From: Vicugna vicugna
Lineage: Eukaryota
Assembly: GCA_013265495.1 (NCBI GenBank)
Contig: MU058687.1
Span: 2,110,001 to 2,174,000 of the forward strand
DNA: 64,000 nucleotides
Reading direction: 5' to 3'
Shown one piece after another: positions 38,766 to 50,999 of this stretch. A program made the position numbers and the translations under genes. Position 1 is the first letter of the stretch. The number at the start of each line of letters is the position of its first letter. The notes beneath the pieces are model-generated. The model was not told the DNA's origin, searched no databases, and saw only the letters and a program-made list of their open reading frames with translations.

Positions 38766-40841
38766 AATCTGTTAGTAGTTTATGCATTGGCCTTCCTATG
38801 TTGTGTGCTCCTGGTGGACAGACCCTAGGCTCAGTCCTCTTGTATATAACTTGTCCACATCCAGCATAGTGTAGGCCTCCATAAATTTTAGTTAAAAATA
38901 ATTGAGGTGAGTAGATTAGTAATTAAGGAGAAAAATTGGAATATATGATAAATATGACCTTTGGGCCTTAGAAATATCAATAATTTTTTCCTGTTACGTA
39001 TTTGTGTGGGTTTAAGAAAAAGTACAGCAAATAAACACCTTTTCACAATAAACTTTATTTTTACTTCATACCAAAAAAATGTACTTTGCAGTAAGTTTTA
39101 AAAATGAATGACATTTGAAGGTGAACTATTCCTTAAATTAGCTGCCATTGGCAGTTAAAGACTGTTTTCTTTCCTTAGGAGTGACTCTAAACATCTTTGT
39201 TCTAAGTCTAAAGCAGTCACTTCAGTTATTTTTTTTATTTTTTTGCCAACATTGGTTCTATTAAACATGCATGTATTTCTCAAAGTAATTTTTTTCCCCC
39301 CTTAAAGTACATTCCTGCCCCAGGGACATAGTGATCTGCCCAGTTTCCTAAGTAACACTGCAGTTTTAACAACTCACCTGATCTTTTCAGTTACCTGCAG
39401 TAAAAAATAAATAGATGTGCTGTGTTTATGCATGGATATATGGAATACCCTTTCAATTAATTGTTAAACTTCAGCATTCACCTTCACATTTATGATGTGA
39501 ATTTAGTGATTTTCCTTGAAGTAAGAATTTTTGAAGCGTATTTGTTGCTTTTAATTGTAACCACCCCCGTCCCCATTCTTTTTGGCAAATGCTAATGTGA
39601 TGCTTTTAGGGGAGGTGCTGACCCCCACACTCATGCTGTGAGAGGTCGTGCCCAAAGAAAATGAGATCCAGATCAGGTGGAACAGAACCAGCGTAGCCTG
39701 TTTTCTCTCTAGGTTAATTGCTTGCCTGCTTGGGAACAATATTTTTATCTAAATTTATATTCATTTCATCATTCTGTTGTTCTTTAAGTTCAGTATTTAG
39801 ATCTGTTTTATGGACTAGCTTGGCTTTGGGAATTTGATCTATTTTTTTTAGCTCAGTAATTTTCACAGTAGGTGGAAGCTTATCGGAATTACCTGAGGAA
39901 GAATTTCAAAATAAACGTATTGCAGATTCTTCTCCCACTCCAGCATGGTGGGGAATGTGTTATTTTGTAAAAGCCTCCTTACATGATTCTGATAACCATT
40001 TGCCACTCCAGCTGAGAAGGACGTTTTACTTCGTAGAGATTTTAGCTTAACTTATACTTAGCCTTTTTTTTAAATCCCCTACAGAATTGAAAGGTCCCCT
40101 CCCCTCACACAGTACATGGTTCACCACACAAGAACAACTGTACATTGCTGTTGAAAGAGAGTTTTTAAAAATCTAGTGAAATCTTCCACACTTTAACCTA
40201 CAGAGGCAGGGGTCTGTGTTGGTGAGAAGGGGAAGCTCGGACACTTTCCCTGTCCTTTGCGATGCCTCTCCCATGTATTGTCCTTTTATAGTTTCTGTCT
40301 TGTGAGGGTAGACAATGACACTGTTACAGTAAAACTACACAAATTAAAGAACCCATTAAACAGAGGGGGAACCAAGCAGTTAAATACTCCTAAGTGCAAA
40401 TGGGGATGGCGATAGTTCAGTCTCTATTTTTTCCTTGCCTTCCTTAATTCTTTATTTCTACAATTTATTGATACGGAATTATTTGGGGATAAACAAAAAA
40501 TTGGAACTGCATCCTGAATAGGAAAGCGGGCTGCAGTGGTTGCCTGAGCCCATGCTCAGGCTCGCAGAGAAGGCGGGGCCCTCCGGCCCCGCACAGATGG
40601 GCCTTCACTCCTGCTCAGGCCTCTGTGATGCTCTGGATGTGCTGCACAGCACGGTGGTTCCAGCCCATGGCTCCTGTAGTCCTCCTGCTCGAAGCACCCA
40701 GCTTCCTCTTGGCTCTTCCTGGGCTTGTTCTGAGTTCTCTTCCTTCTTTGTCTTCTCAGGTTTTTCCTGAGCAGGGAAAAACAGATTTTGCCAAGCTGTA
40801 AACTCTACCATTATTTGGGTTCACTTAAAACCTATCCTTTT

Positions 40842-41190
40842 ACAAATACTGTTTGATACCACTAATCTGTGGAGTCTGAAAAATACAAGAAACTAGGGAA
40901 TATAACAAAAGAGAAGCAGACTTACAGACTTAGAGAACAAACTAGTGTTTCCAGTGGGGAGAGGGAAGCAGGGAGGGGCGATCTAGGGGTAAGGGAGTAA
41001 GAGGTGCAAACTAGTAGGTATAAAATCAGCTATCGGACTGTATTGTACAACATATGGAATATAGTTGATAGGTTATAACAACTATGAATGCAGTGTAGCC
41101 TTTAAAAATTGTGAGTCACTGTATTGTACACCTGTAACTTTAATATAAGGTCGTACAACCGCCATCCTTCAATTAAAAAAACCAACAAAA
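40842..41190 (+). mobile_element. 5'-truncated L1 3'-end fragment
   Basis: ORF2-end-like acaaatactg..atctgtggagtct, G-rich tract, A tail; degenerate TSD aaaacctatcctttt / aaaaactatcattct. Confidence 0.82.
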
Positions 41191-42384
41191 AACTATCATT
41201 CTGTAACAATTTGACTGTTTCTCTTACTCCCTTCCCAAATCTTTACTAGGAAGGGACATAGAGAAAAACATCCCTTCTATACTCAGCCCTAAGGCGTGAA
41301 GTTACTCTACCTCTTATGAAATAGCTCTCCAACCTGGAAAGGGTCTTAAGAGAAATGTTTCACGAGGGAAGGAGCACTAAACTGAATTTTAGGAGTGAGC
41401 ATGATGTCTCTTTATATCTGCCTCAGTTTCTCTGTTATGTAGATTCTGTACCTAGGAAAGCTTTGCAGCTGGGAGTAGAACTAGGCTACAAGTCCCCTCA
41501 GAGAGAGACTTTATTTCCCAGCATACCTTCACTGCACAGTAAAAACTCAGTGAACACTGAAAGGCACGCAGAGTGAAAAGGAAGTAGTCCACACAGAAAT
41601 TCATACTTTTACAACAAAATAAGATGATTGGCTTAATAAACTGCATTACCTGGTTTCGGAAAGCCTTCAGTTCTTTCCTAAGTTGTGACCAGAGGAATTT
41701 ACAAAATCGGAAGAATTTCGAATGTTCAAGGTAACAATTAGGAGTGGGAATGAAGTGGTAAAGTCGATCATTTTCTGCAGAGAGGTAACAGGCTGAAGGT
41801 TTAGCAGTCAGGGGTCATTAAATGTAGGGATAGATAACCTTGAAGCCTTTAATATCACTGAGCAGGGGTGAGTGTGGATCCAAGAAGCTTGGCCCAGAAG
41901 GTCAGGGCAATGTAAGAACCACCTGAGCCTCCTAAGAACGTTGCAGGACACAGTGCAGTGAATAACTGTGTGTAGAATAATAGGTAAATAATACTTATTT
42001 TCATTATTTTACTAAATAAATTAAGATTTTAAAAAACACCGTATTTCTATTTTAAATGGCTAAAAATTTAAACATTTTGGTGCGTAGTTTCATCTTTTTA
42101 CTCCAGAATGTGTCTGTCATTCCTTGAAAATGTGAGATAAATGTTACTAAGTCCGTAAAGGAGTGATGATATGTGCCCTCAGACGTCTTACTGACATACA
42201 TCAAGCATGCAGAGCTGTGAAGTGATGGATGGTGTGTAAATAAAAGGCAGTATTTATTTTGTTTGGCTCAAGTTGATACTTTGGGAATTACTATTTTAAA
42301 ATGCTTTTGAGTGCTTTCCTTTACGCTTTTAATTTTACGTCTGTCAGAAGTCAGCATTTTATAAATAGTGTTCTTGAAGAAGCA

Positions 42385-42630
42385 TTTTTTTAAATTAAAC
42401 TTTTAATTAAAGGATAATATACCTACAGAGAAGTGTACAAAGACATATACACCTGATGAATTTTCATGACATCACATCCAAGTAACCAGCATCTAGATCC
42501 AGAAACAGAACATAACCAGAAAGAATCCCCAAAGTTCCTGTGCCTTTTCTAGTCACTGTCCCTCTTCCCCCACTGCCCACAGCTCAAGGGTAACCACTGT
42601 CTTGATGTCTAATAACATAGCTTAGTTTGA
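42385..42630 (-). mobile_element. Old L1M 3'-end fragment
   Basis: agaagtgtaca..gtaaccagcatctagatc..gggtaaccactgtcttga pattern. Confidence 0.6.
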
Positions 42631-44492
42631 AGAAATGGTGTTAATCTGAAAATTTTTGGAGAGTGCTTCAATAAGTTTAAGGTAAAGAAGAAAGCATGGC
42701 TGTAAACTGTCATCCTTTGTCTGCCTTGTTTCTCTCTGAAGGACTTTAGGAGAAGCATGATCGAACCTGAGCAAAGAGCTTGGACAGCTTACACTCAAGT
42801 ACCTTGTTTGTGGAAAAGATGGAAGCTCTGTTCTGTACATTTTTCTGTTTGAGGAGAAATAAAATTTGTAGTGTCACTTTCTTTTCTGCCTGTGTCTTTG
42901 GCTTCAAAGGGAATCACCACCTCTGCAGTTAGACCGAAGGCCTGTCTACTTTTGACGTTCTGTCATCCGTGTTTCTTATTGCTTAGAATCAGCATGCTGA
43001 TTTAGACTTATTCCCAGGACTCAGTAAGGTATGACAAATGGATTGTTTCCCCTACTTTACACATTTTTACTTAAATTTCACTTTGAGGGTTTCAGAATTA
43101 ACTACTCATGGGGTACCTAACTTACAGTTAACTCTTGCCGTATAGATGAGAGTGATTAATATAAGGTGACTTGGATGGAATTTTCCAAACCATGTGCTTT
43201 ATATTGTAAATCTCTGCCTATTGTAGTGTTCTTTGCATTCTAAAAAATTTCTTAGGATTTCGGTCAAATTCTTATTTGTAAATTGAATTGTCTCTTTAGC
43301 TTTTACTGTTTAGGGAATGGAAGATTGTGTGTGCCTGTATGAGAGAGAGAGAGAGAGCATGTCCATCTGTTTTTAAGCTGAGGAAGTTGCCAGATTGGGA
43401 ACCTCTGAATAGGAAAATTTGCCCATAAAATTTGCCCTTGTTGCCCTGCTAACTAGGTTCTCTTAGAGTTGACTGAGTTTCCAGTTTTAAGGCTATTAAA
43501 CCATGAGACTTGATTCCCAGCTAGGACTACCAATCAGTTTATCTGGTATAATTTTATTAGATTCCTTTTTACATGTTTTATATTCTGGCTGTATTTTAAA
43601 AATTGTGTTAAAATATGCATACTATAAAGTTTACCATTTTAACCACCTGTTTGTGTACAATTGACTATTTGGTTTTTAGGACTTTTGTTTATTCATAATC
43701 AGTTTTAGTCAACAGATACTTAGTGAGGATCAGCTATGTGCCTTGTGCTGAAGTTGGTAGATCAATGGCAAATTATGAAAGAAATATAAATATGGTCCCT
43801 GTTCTCAAGGAAATTAGCCTCATGAGGGAAATGAGCTACATATACACTGGTTAAATAATGATTCATGGTAAATAAGGCCTTGAAGGTTCAAGGAGAGCTT
43901 TGTGTAAAGGGGAGACTCAGCTTGGTGTTTAATTAGGGTTAGGAGCTGTCTAGGTTGAGAGGAAGGAGAGGGTAGGGAACTAAGATAGCATCCCAGCTAT
44001 TTCAGTGTTAAGGCCACTGTCTTTCAGAGAAGCTTTTGTGTTTCTAGTTTTGACGCTCTCACTCTTGTTTTTAGAATAAGCTGAATATTCAGATGAGGAA
44101 ATATTAGTAGCTTGTAATACTTTTAAGAGTCACAGAAACTAAACTTATGTAATTTGCGACACAGACACTTAATAAAAATCCAAATTTATAGTGATAGAAG
44201 GGTTAAACTTCCTAGCAGAATTCTATACAAATATCTGTGTTCATGCAGCATTAAACTTCCCAATATATTACCACTTGGGAGTAGGAATTTCATTAGCAAG
44301 TTTAGAACAATTGTGGTTATAGTTTTTATGAAAAATAATTGTACAAATATCAGCACGTAATGAAACACATTTATTGAAATTAATCTTGAATGTCTGCTAT
44401 TCTGAATTCAGGTAAAAAATTTAGAATGGATATATATAGTGTGTAAAGGGTAAGTTATGATTAATTCTGAATAATCTTGTACTGACACTTGA

Positions 44493-44950
<458 letters not shown>

Positions 44951-45229
44951 GCTTTCTTGAGTTTGAATTCCTGTATTCCACTATCAGCAATAGTCATCTG
45001 CACTTTTACTCTAGCACAGACAGGAAATTAGGTCTGTGTTCATGAAAATCCTGGTAGGATGGCAGTTTGATGGTAGTAAAAGAGCCACATGGGTTTATTT
45101 ACTTTCTTAATTCCGTATATAGTACAATACATTATTACTGTTTTTATGTATAGTAGAGTGCTAACATTTTGTGATTAATGAAATTTCTAATTAAAAATAA
45201 GTTTTCAAGTTAAAATTTTTAAGTTTTCT

Positions 45230-45445
45230 GGGAGAAACTAGTTGGTAGAAACCAAAATAGTGGTTATCTTCAGTAGGGAGGAAGTAGTGATCAGAAGAGG
45301 ACATAAAGAAGTCTTCTGGGATGCTGGAAATGCTCTATATCATGTGTGAACCAGGTGGGGATTATATGAGTATATATACATGTAAAGTTTCATTGAGGTG
45401 CACATTTATGACTTAGTATGTTATGTTATCCTTAAGTGAAAAAGG
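45230..45445 (+). mobile_element. Old L1M 3'-end fragment
   Basis: atagtggttatct..ttctgggatgctggaaatgctcta..gtacac-like pattern. Confidence 0.55.
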
Positions 45446-45899
45446 TGGGGATAATTATGTATTTATATCAGCAAGAATGTTAGATGTGTATAGATATTTT
45501 TCTTGGAGTTAAGAGAAGATAGTTAAATATAGTTAGTGATCATAGGAAGTCCTTTGTGTTACTCAATATATTTTAGGATTAATTACTCTTGTTAAAAAAA
45601 GTATATCTACTTGTAAGGCCTATCAGAAATACCTACGGTTATTTTATTGGTGGTGGTGAATTCACTCTGAAGGAATTAAATATATCATAGATTATTTTAT
45701 TTTTTTCAAAAAATACTATATATTATATAGATCAAAGCAGTTGATAGCCGAGTAAAGAGTAGACCTCAGACGGATAGGAAATATATCTAACTTTACTTAG
45801 TAAATTCAGTGTACTCTGAAATTGACCTGTTAGAGCTTCTGTTTGGAACAGCTGCTTGATAATGGTTCATTCTGAACAATCTTAATCACAGGTCTGATG

Positions 45900-46150
45900 A
45901 TCGTAGTGATATTTTTAGTGATTGCCGCATGATTGTGCCCTGAGCTGAACATTTTGCATGAATTATTTCACTTAATCTTTGCAACAGCTTAATAAGGTAG
46001 ATGCTGTTTTTATTCCCGATTTACACGTGGGAAAAATTGAGGCTTAGAGAGGTAAAATCACATGCTGAGGTTACATGGTTGATAAATTGTAAAGCCAAGA
46101 TAAGACCAACTTCCCTGTGACTCTGGAGCTGCCCTCTTAAACACTGCAGG
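45900..46150 (-). mobile_element. MIR SINE
   Basis: tttcacttaatct..aggtaga..gaggcttagagaggtaaa. Confidence 0.65.
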
Positions 46151-46618
46151 TGTTTCGTCTTGTGTGCAGTAGGATTGGTTCCAAACCGTGACTCCATGTC
46201 AAAACCCAGATCCTCATCCAGTCTGTGGTATTGGAAGCATTAAAATACAATCCTCCCCTCTTTGATCGTTTTGTTCTTTTCCCCCTTAAAATCTGGCTTC
46301 TAATATTTAGCTTTTAATTGTTTCTAAGAGAACTGTTGAGAAGAGTTTACAATCCTTATTCCATATTCAAATCAGGATATGTACTGGGAGGTATTAAACA
46401 AGACTTGAGCATTAAACATTTCCGCTATTGAGCCCAACTCCTCCTGTCACTTGTTGACTAAGGCCTGCTTCGCTGAACATTTCCTTTTTTTTTCTATCCA
46501 CAATCTGAGTGCCCCATGGAGGTGAAGGACATAGCCCAAGCTCGCGCCATCAGTCAGTAGAACAAATGGGCTTGCTCTGCCTAACATCGGGCCATCTCGG
46601 ATTCCACCTCTTTTATAG

Positions 46619-46740
46619 AAATGAGTGATGAAGAGAGGTGCGTTCCGCTTTGCCGCTGTATTAATACACATCAGGGGCCAGCTCCTGGCACTAAATCACG
46701 CTCCCGCATACATCTGTTATCGAACTCTTCACCAGTGTGA
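46619..46740 (+). CDS. GPATCH2L: Candidate alternative terminal coding exon of GPATCH2L: (E)MSDEERCVPLCRCINTHQGPAPGTKSRSRIHLLSNSSPV*
   Basis: Branch-point-like CCTAAC (~46580-46585), AG-free spacer, acceptor cctcttttatag|AA; open frame from exon 9 to TGA 46738-46740; AATAAA at 46800-46805. Confidence 0.5.
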
Positions 46741-47939
46741 TGAACAAGACTGCAGATAGAGGCTTCCTTGTGTCATTCTTTATAGGATTTTCCTAAAAGA
46801 ATAAATAGCTCAGATCTCTGCCAACACTCGCCCCTGTCACTGTGATGAATTCAGCTTCTTTCTTAAACATGCAGCCACAAATCTTTTCCCTTTTCCCCTC
46901 CCCCACTAGTGGAAAGTTTTTAGTTGAAATTGACTGGATTTAAAGATATTAATAAGGCTAGAAAGGTGAAGAGCAAAAACGAATAACATACCTTCCTGTC
47001 TTTTTATACTAAGATTAACAAAGACCAGGGAAAGGGACCTTTTCATAGGGTCATTAGGGAGATCCTTCTCGAAAGTGTAGCACCTATTTTTTTCTCTTTA
47101 TCGCCACTCCCCTTCTCTTTATGGCTTTATAACATTCAGGTGTCTGGTGCACAGATCCACCCTTGGATCTTAGTAACTATAAATCTGCTTCTAAGTCTGG
47201 TACACCAGAACAGGGAATGCCCAGCTTGTGTCTACCTCATGCTGAAGTGAACTAGCTTATGTGTTCTTAAAGACTGTAACTGGAAAAGAAAAAAAGTCTA
47301 TTTTCTCCAAAACTTGAGACTAAGTAATTATAAGAAGTATAAGGAATTCAGATGAAAACAAGACTTCATTCTCCTTGAGGTGATTCTCTTCATTAGAATT
47401 GGCAGACCAGAGCTTTTGGTGTGCAAATCCCATTCCTTCAAAAAGGAAACTCATGGCTTTTTAGGTAAAGGAGAATTGGGGTGATAAGATGTTCTGTTAA
47501 GAGCCTGGACTGTTTTGGCCTTTCCAAGAGCCTTTCCTGACCTCCTTCACCCTGGAATAGGATGTGTTTTTGGAGCATCAGTCAGAAGAGTACCCAGAAG
47601 TTAACCTGTTAATAGTTACATCAGATTTCAACTACCAGGCCAGGGAAGCTAGAGATGCATTTGCAAGGGCAGGAATTTTTCCCTGTTTTGCTCACTGATA
47701 TACCCTCAGCATCTGAAAAATAATTCTCTGCACGTTAGTTGTTTCTGTAAGTGAATAGGATCTTAAAGTTGAAACAGTTATTCTCAATATTATTCTAACC
47801 TTGTGATTGGACCCAGTAGTTCCACTTTGGGTTAGCCTTTGTCTTGGGAGTCAGAGGGCAGATTCTTATTGCCTACTATGCCTTTGAATTAAATTTAAAT
47901 GTTTTTTAAAGTTAAAAGTGTTTTTTAAAATAAATATTG

Positions 47940-48470
47940 AGTGGTTACAAAAGGACATTTATAGAAGAAATGTAAGGGGTAAAGAAAGACAATACAGCAA
48001 ATATTCGTGTACCTACCATCCACTTTAAGAAAAGAATAGCACCTTTAAAATTGTCTTCCCACTGTCCGAGGTAACCATTATCCTGGTATATATTTCTGGT
48101 TAGTCATTTGACATTCTTTTTTTTTTTTTAATAGTTTTAACAGATGTATGTATCTCTAAGCAATAAATTGTCTAGTTTTGCATGTTTTAAATCTTGTGTA
48201 AATAGAATGCCATGTTTTATAAGTTACAGGTTTCACCCAGTTATGCTCTTAAAATTCATTCATGTCCTATTCTACCAAAATTCATTCTTTTTTTTTTTTA
48301 TGGCCATATATGTGGTATTCCAATGTGTGGGTATGGTGAACATACTGCAATTAACCATTCTCGATGGACATTTCGATCATATTCTAATGCTGTTTTATGC
48401 TATTGTGAAAAATATTGTATCGTTTTCTGGGAGAACATCTGCAGAAGTTTTTCTTGGCCATTTCACAGCT
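47940..48470 (-). mobile_element. Ancient L1M (L1ME-like) 3' fragment
   Basis: Degenerate motifs (gaggtaaccattatcctg, gatggacattt, tgctattgtg). Confidence 0.55.
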
Positions 48471-49185
48471 CTTAGGATGGCTCTGTCACAAAACAGGAAA
48501 TAACACATGTTGGGAAGGATGTGGAGAAACTGGAAACCTTGTACATTGCTGGTGCGAATGTAAAATAGTGCAGCTGCTGTGGAAAACAATACAGTGGTTC
48601 CTCAAAAATTTAAATGTAAAATTAGCATATGATCCAGCAATTCTGCTTCTGGATACATACCCACAAGAATTGAAAACATGTATACCCATGTTCATAGTAG
48701 CATTATTCACAGTAGCCAAAAAGTGGAAACAACCCAAATGTTCATTGCTGGATGAATGGATAAACAAAATGTGGTATATACATACAATAGATGATTATTC
48801 AGCCTGAAAGGCTTCATTATTCAGAATGAAATTATAACACATGTTACACATGAATGAAGGCAACATGTTAAGTAAAATAAGCCAGACACAAAAGGATGAC
48901 TTCTGTGTGATTCCACTTATGAGAGGTACCTAAAGCAATCAAATTCATAGAAGCAAAGTAGAATGCTGGTTGCCAGGGGCTGGGGGAGAAGGAGAATGGG
49001 GAGTTATTGTTTAATGGGTACAAAGTTTCCACTTGGGATGATGAAAAAGTTCTGGACATGGATGGTGGTGATGGTTATGCAACAGTGTGAATATACTAAA
49101 TGCTACTGAACAGTACACTTAAAAATTATTAAACTGGTAAATTTTATGTATATTTTGCCACAATAAAAAATATCTAGCAAAAAAA
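48470..49185 (+). mobile_element. Older L1 (L1MA/MB-like) ORF2 C-terminus plus 3'UTR
   Basis: ORF 48415-48807 gives [18 protein letters not shown]...KQPKC...INKMWYIHT (L1 CCHC region); ends caataaaaaa plus A run. Confidence 0.9.
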
Positions 49186-49623
49186 CCCCGTTTCTCTAGG
49201 ATAGAGTTTTTTCAGTGTGGTTGATGACTGTGTAGTAATAGATAGGTATAGTTTTGTGAAATTTATATTCAGTTAAATATAAGTGAATTAGCATGCACGT
49301 GTGTGAGATAGCTATTTGGGTTGTGACGTCAAATGTATTTCTTGCTGCTGTGGTTGAGGTTCCAAAATCTTTGAAAGCCACTACCCTTAAAAAACTCTTG
49401 TATATGTGCCATAGAGTAATAGCTTTTCAAGATTTTTTTAAAACGATAACCTACAGTAAGAAATGCATGTTTGAGTATGTACTGGGTGTACATGTAAATC
49501 TAAAGTAAACTCTTGGGTGTACACTGATATTTTCTATTCTTTCTCATTAAGACAAGAAAGACTATTGGTCATGACCCATTACGTTAATTTTGTAACCCAT
49601 AATTTGAAAATTATTTTTCTAAG

Positions 49624-49756
49624 AGTGGGTGGTATAGCTCAAGTGGTAGAGCACATGCTTAGCATACACAAGGTCCTGGGTTCAATCCCCAGTACCTCCT
49701 CTAAAAGTAAATAAGTAAACCTAATCACCTCCCCCTACACCAAAAAAAATTTTAAA
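49624..49756 (+). mobile_element. tRNA-derived SINE, Vic-1-like (camelid)
   Basis: A box tagctcaagtggta, B box ggttcaatccc, tail taaataagtaaacctaatcacctcccc plus A run; degenerate TSD gaaaattatttttctaag / gaaaattgctcttctagg (14/18). Confidence 0.8.
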
Positions 49757-50256
49757 GAAAATTGCTCTTCTAGGTTACATTCCTGGGAATGAAATGGCAG
49801 AGTAAAAACCGAAACTTTTCTAGATTGCTCTATTTTACTGTACATTTGTTTTCAACAGAGTGGGTGTGATGCTTTGTACTGCTCTGCTCAGGGGGCATTT
49901 GGAAATGTGAGGACAGTGTTTGTCACAATGACTGGGGAATGCTTTTGGCATTCAGTGAATAGGGTCCAGAATGGTAAGTGTCCTGAAATATACAGGACAG
50001 CCCTGCACAAGCAATGGTTATCCTGTCCAGAATGTCTTAATGTCCTTGTTGAAAAGTAGCGGGCCTGGTTATGTGATTTTTCTGCCATTTTCCTTATTGT
50101 TCAATATTTATTGGTGACTGTCAAATTGGAGGCATAGGATGTTACAGAACGAGCAGAGGGGGCTTGGAGTCCAATATATGAATTTGAGTCTTGCTGCTTA
50201 ACCAGCTCTGTTGTGTTTTTGAACATTTATCTACTTTTTCTATGCTTCAGTTTTCT

Positions 50257-50440
50257 TTTTTTTTTAATTGAAGTATTATTGATTTACAGTGTTGTTTTAT
50301 TTTCTGGTGTACAGCATAGTGATTCAATTATACATTTACATATATTCTTTTTCATTATAGGCTATTACAAGATATTGAATATAGATCCCTATGCTATACA
50401 GTAGGACCTGCTGTTTATTTTATATATAGGAATGTGTATA
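50257..50440 (-). mobile_element. 5'-truncated L1 3'-end fragment inserted into a MIR (~50140-50580)
   Basis: T tail then aattgaagta..; TSD tatgcttcagttttct / tgtgcctccgttttct duplicates the MIR core motif. Confidence 0.8.
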
Positions 50441-50798
50441 TGTGCCTCCGTTTTCTGATTCAGGAAATGGAGATGACAGTACCTACTTCTAAGAGTTTGC
50501 ATTAAGAAGTAAGATTATAAGTATGCAGCGCTTACATAGTACAATGCCTGGCACTTAAATGCTGAATAAGTGATTATTACTAGATTATCAATTTGTACTA
50601 CTGAATTTATTCATTTGTTCAATTAAACCCATTTTCTGAGGTGGAGAAATACTTATTTTACTTAAATCTTCCCTTTATTTTTTGGTTAAAAAAAAAGAGA
50701 TAACTCTCATAGGGCTGCTTGGTCTAATAGGACATAAGCTATAAGGATTAAGACAATTTTCTCTTGATGGATCTCTCATTCTAACTTGTCTAACTTGA

Positions 50799-50999
<201 letters not shown>

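Noticed and set aside
46620..46850. Three GTGATGA (C-box-like) motifs suggesting C/D snoRNAs
   Set aside because: No suitably spaced CTGA D boxes or terminal stems were found.
49624..49700. Apparent tRNA gene
   Set aside because: It continues into a SINE tail, A run and TSD, so it is a SINE head.
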